A stretch of 61,395 nt of DNA, filler included, from Globobulimina sp. (Eukaryota), in NCBI GenBank assembly GCA_003354225.1. It is 16 parts of 16 records of this genome, joined end to end, with 100 filler letters (N's around TTAATTAATTAA, not from the genome) between each part and the next. Parts side by side here need not be neighbours in the genome. Positions count along the whole stretch, not along the records: positions 57,658 to 61,395 come from PIVH01002174.1; 15 more parts are not named here. One strand, 5' to 3'. The notes below the pieces were generated by a model. That model was given only the letters and a program-made list of their open reading frames with translations. It did not search any database and was not told where the DNA came from. This document shows, in pieces, positions 61,032 through 61,395 of this stretch. Both the position numbers and the translations under genes were made by a program. The first letter of the stretch is position 1, and each line of letters starts with the position of its first letter.

Positions 61032-61395
61032 TTACTCATCAATAGCAAATGCCCATTTAAATCCATACGCCGATTTTCTCCCTCTAGTACCTCTACAAAC
61101 GCGTAATATACAGCCCGTTGAGTATCCAAGTTCTTTGTATATTGCTATTGGTCTGTCCCAGATTTTAATTACAGAATTATCGTCTTTGCTTATTTGAAGA
61201 ATGCGTTGTTTATTTTGTTTGGCTTCAGAATATCGTTTGATAGCAACTGGATTATTTGATTGTGCTTTATGACCATTGACAAATCGTAAATTAGATTTCA
61301 AATTGTTGCGTGGATCTCCGTCAATATGATCCACACTGTTATAATTATTTGGATTTCCGACCCAATGCTTTGCTACAATTCTATGGATATACTTT
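61032..61395 (-). CDS. HNH homing endonuclease with C-terminal NUMOD1/IENR1 DNA-binding domain (5' truncated)
   Basis: YIHRIVAKHWVGNPNNYNSVDHIDGDPRNNLKSNLRFV, then ILQISKD..IKIW...ELG...I..VCRG..KSAYGFKW. Confidence 0.85.
   Translation of the reverse strand, partial: KYIHRIVAKHWVGNPNNYNSVDHIDGDPRNNLKSNLRFVNGHKAQSNNPVAIKRYSEAKQNKQRILQISKDDNSVIKIWDRPIAIYKELGYSTGCILRVCRGTRGRKSAYGFKWAFAIDE

Overview
The window is not one locus. It is 16 unrelated contigs of about 3.74 kb, sorted by decreasing length and joined by an artificial N44-TTAATTAATTAA-N44 spacer. The DNA is AT-rich eukaryotic nuclear DNA in the standard code, with short GT-AG introns (about 50-135 nt) and very tight gene packing. The gene families suggest a foraminiferan or related rhizarian protist (inference). 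Recognisable genes: cNMP-binding plus STAT-type SH2 protein, MEMO1, 7TM-RGS, RhoGEF, ThiF/E1-like enzyme, F-box/LRR protein, arylsulfatase, divergent eIF4A, EGF plus GH43-like hydrolase, CFAP47, tandem EF-hand/TOG protein, LENG1, UBR-type E3 ligase, YdhR-like protein, serpin, PH protein, DCC1-like protein, SCP/FCP1-like phosphatase, HAD-like protein and a phage-like HNH endonuclease. Mobile DNA includes two decayed non-LTR retrotransposons (RT-zinc finger-RNase H, and a CRE-like RT with restriction-like endonuclease and poly(A) tail) and a Tourist/Harbinger-like MITE family seen in three contigs. The most unusual observations are an antisense Cys-rich gene that fills nearly a whole 654-nt intron of the UBR ligase gene, a roughly 620-nt imperfect fold-back with G-U-compatible substitutions, an isolated 5' half of tRNA-Ala(UGC), and apparently new signalling and cytoskeletal domain fusions.
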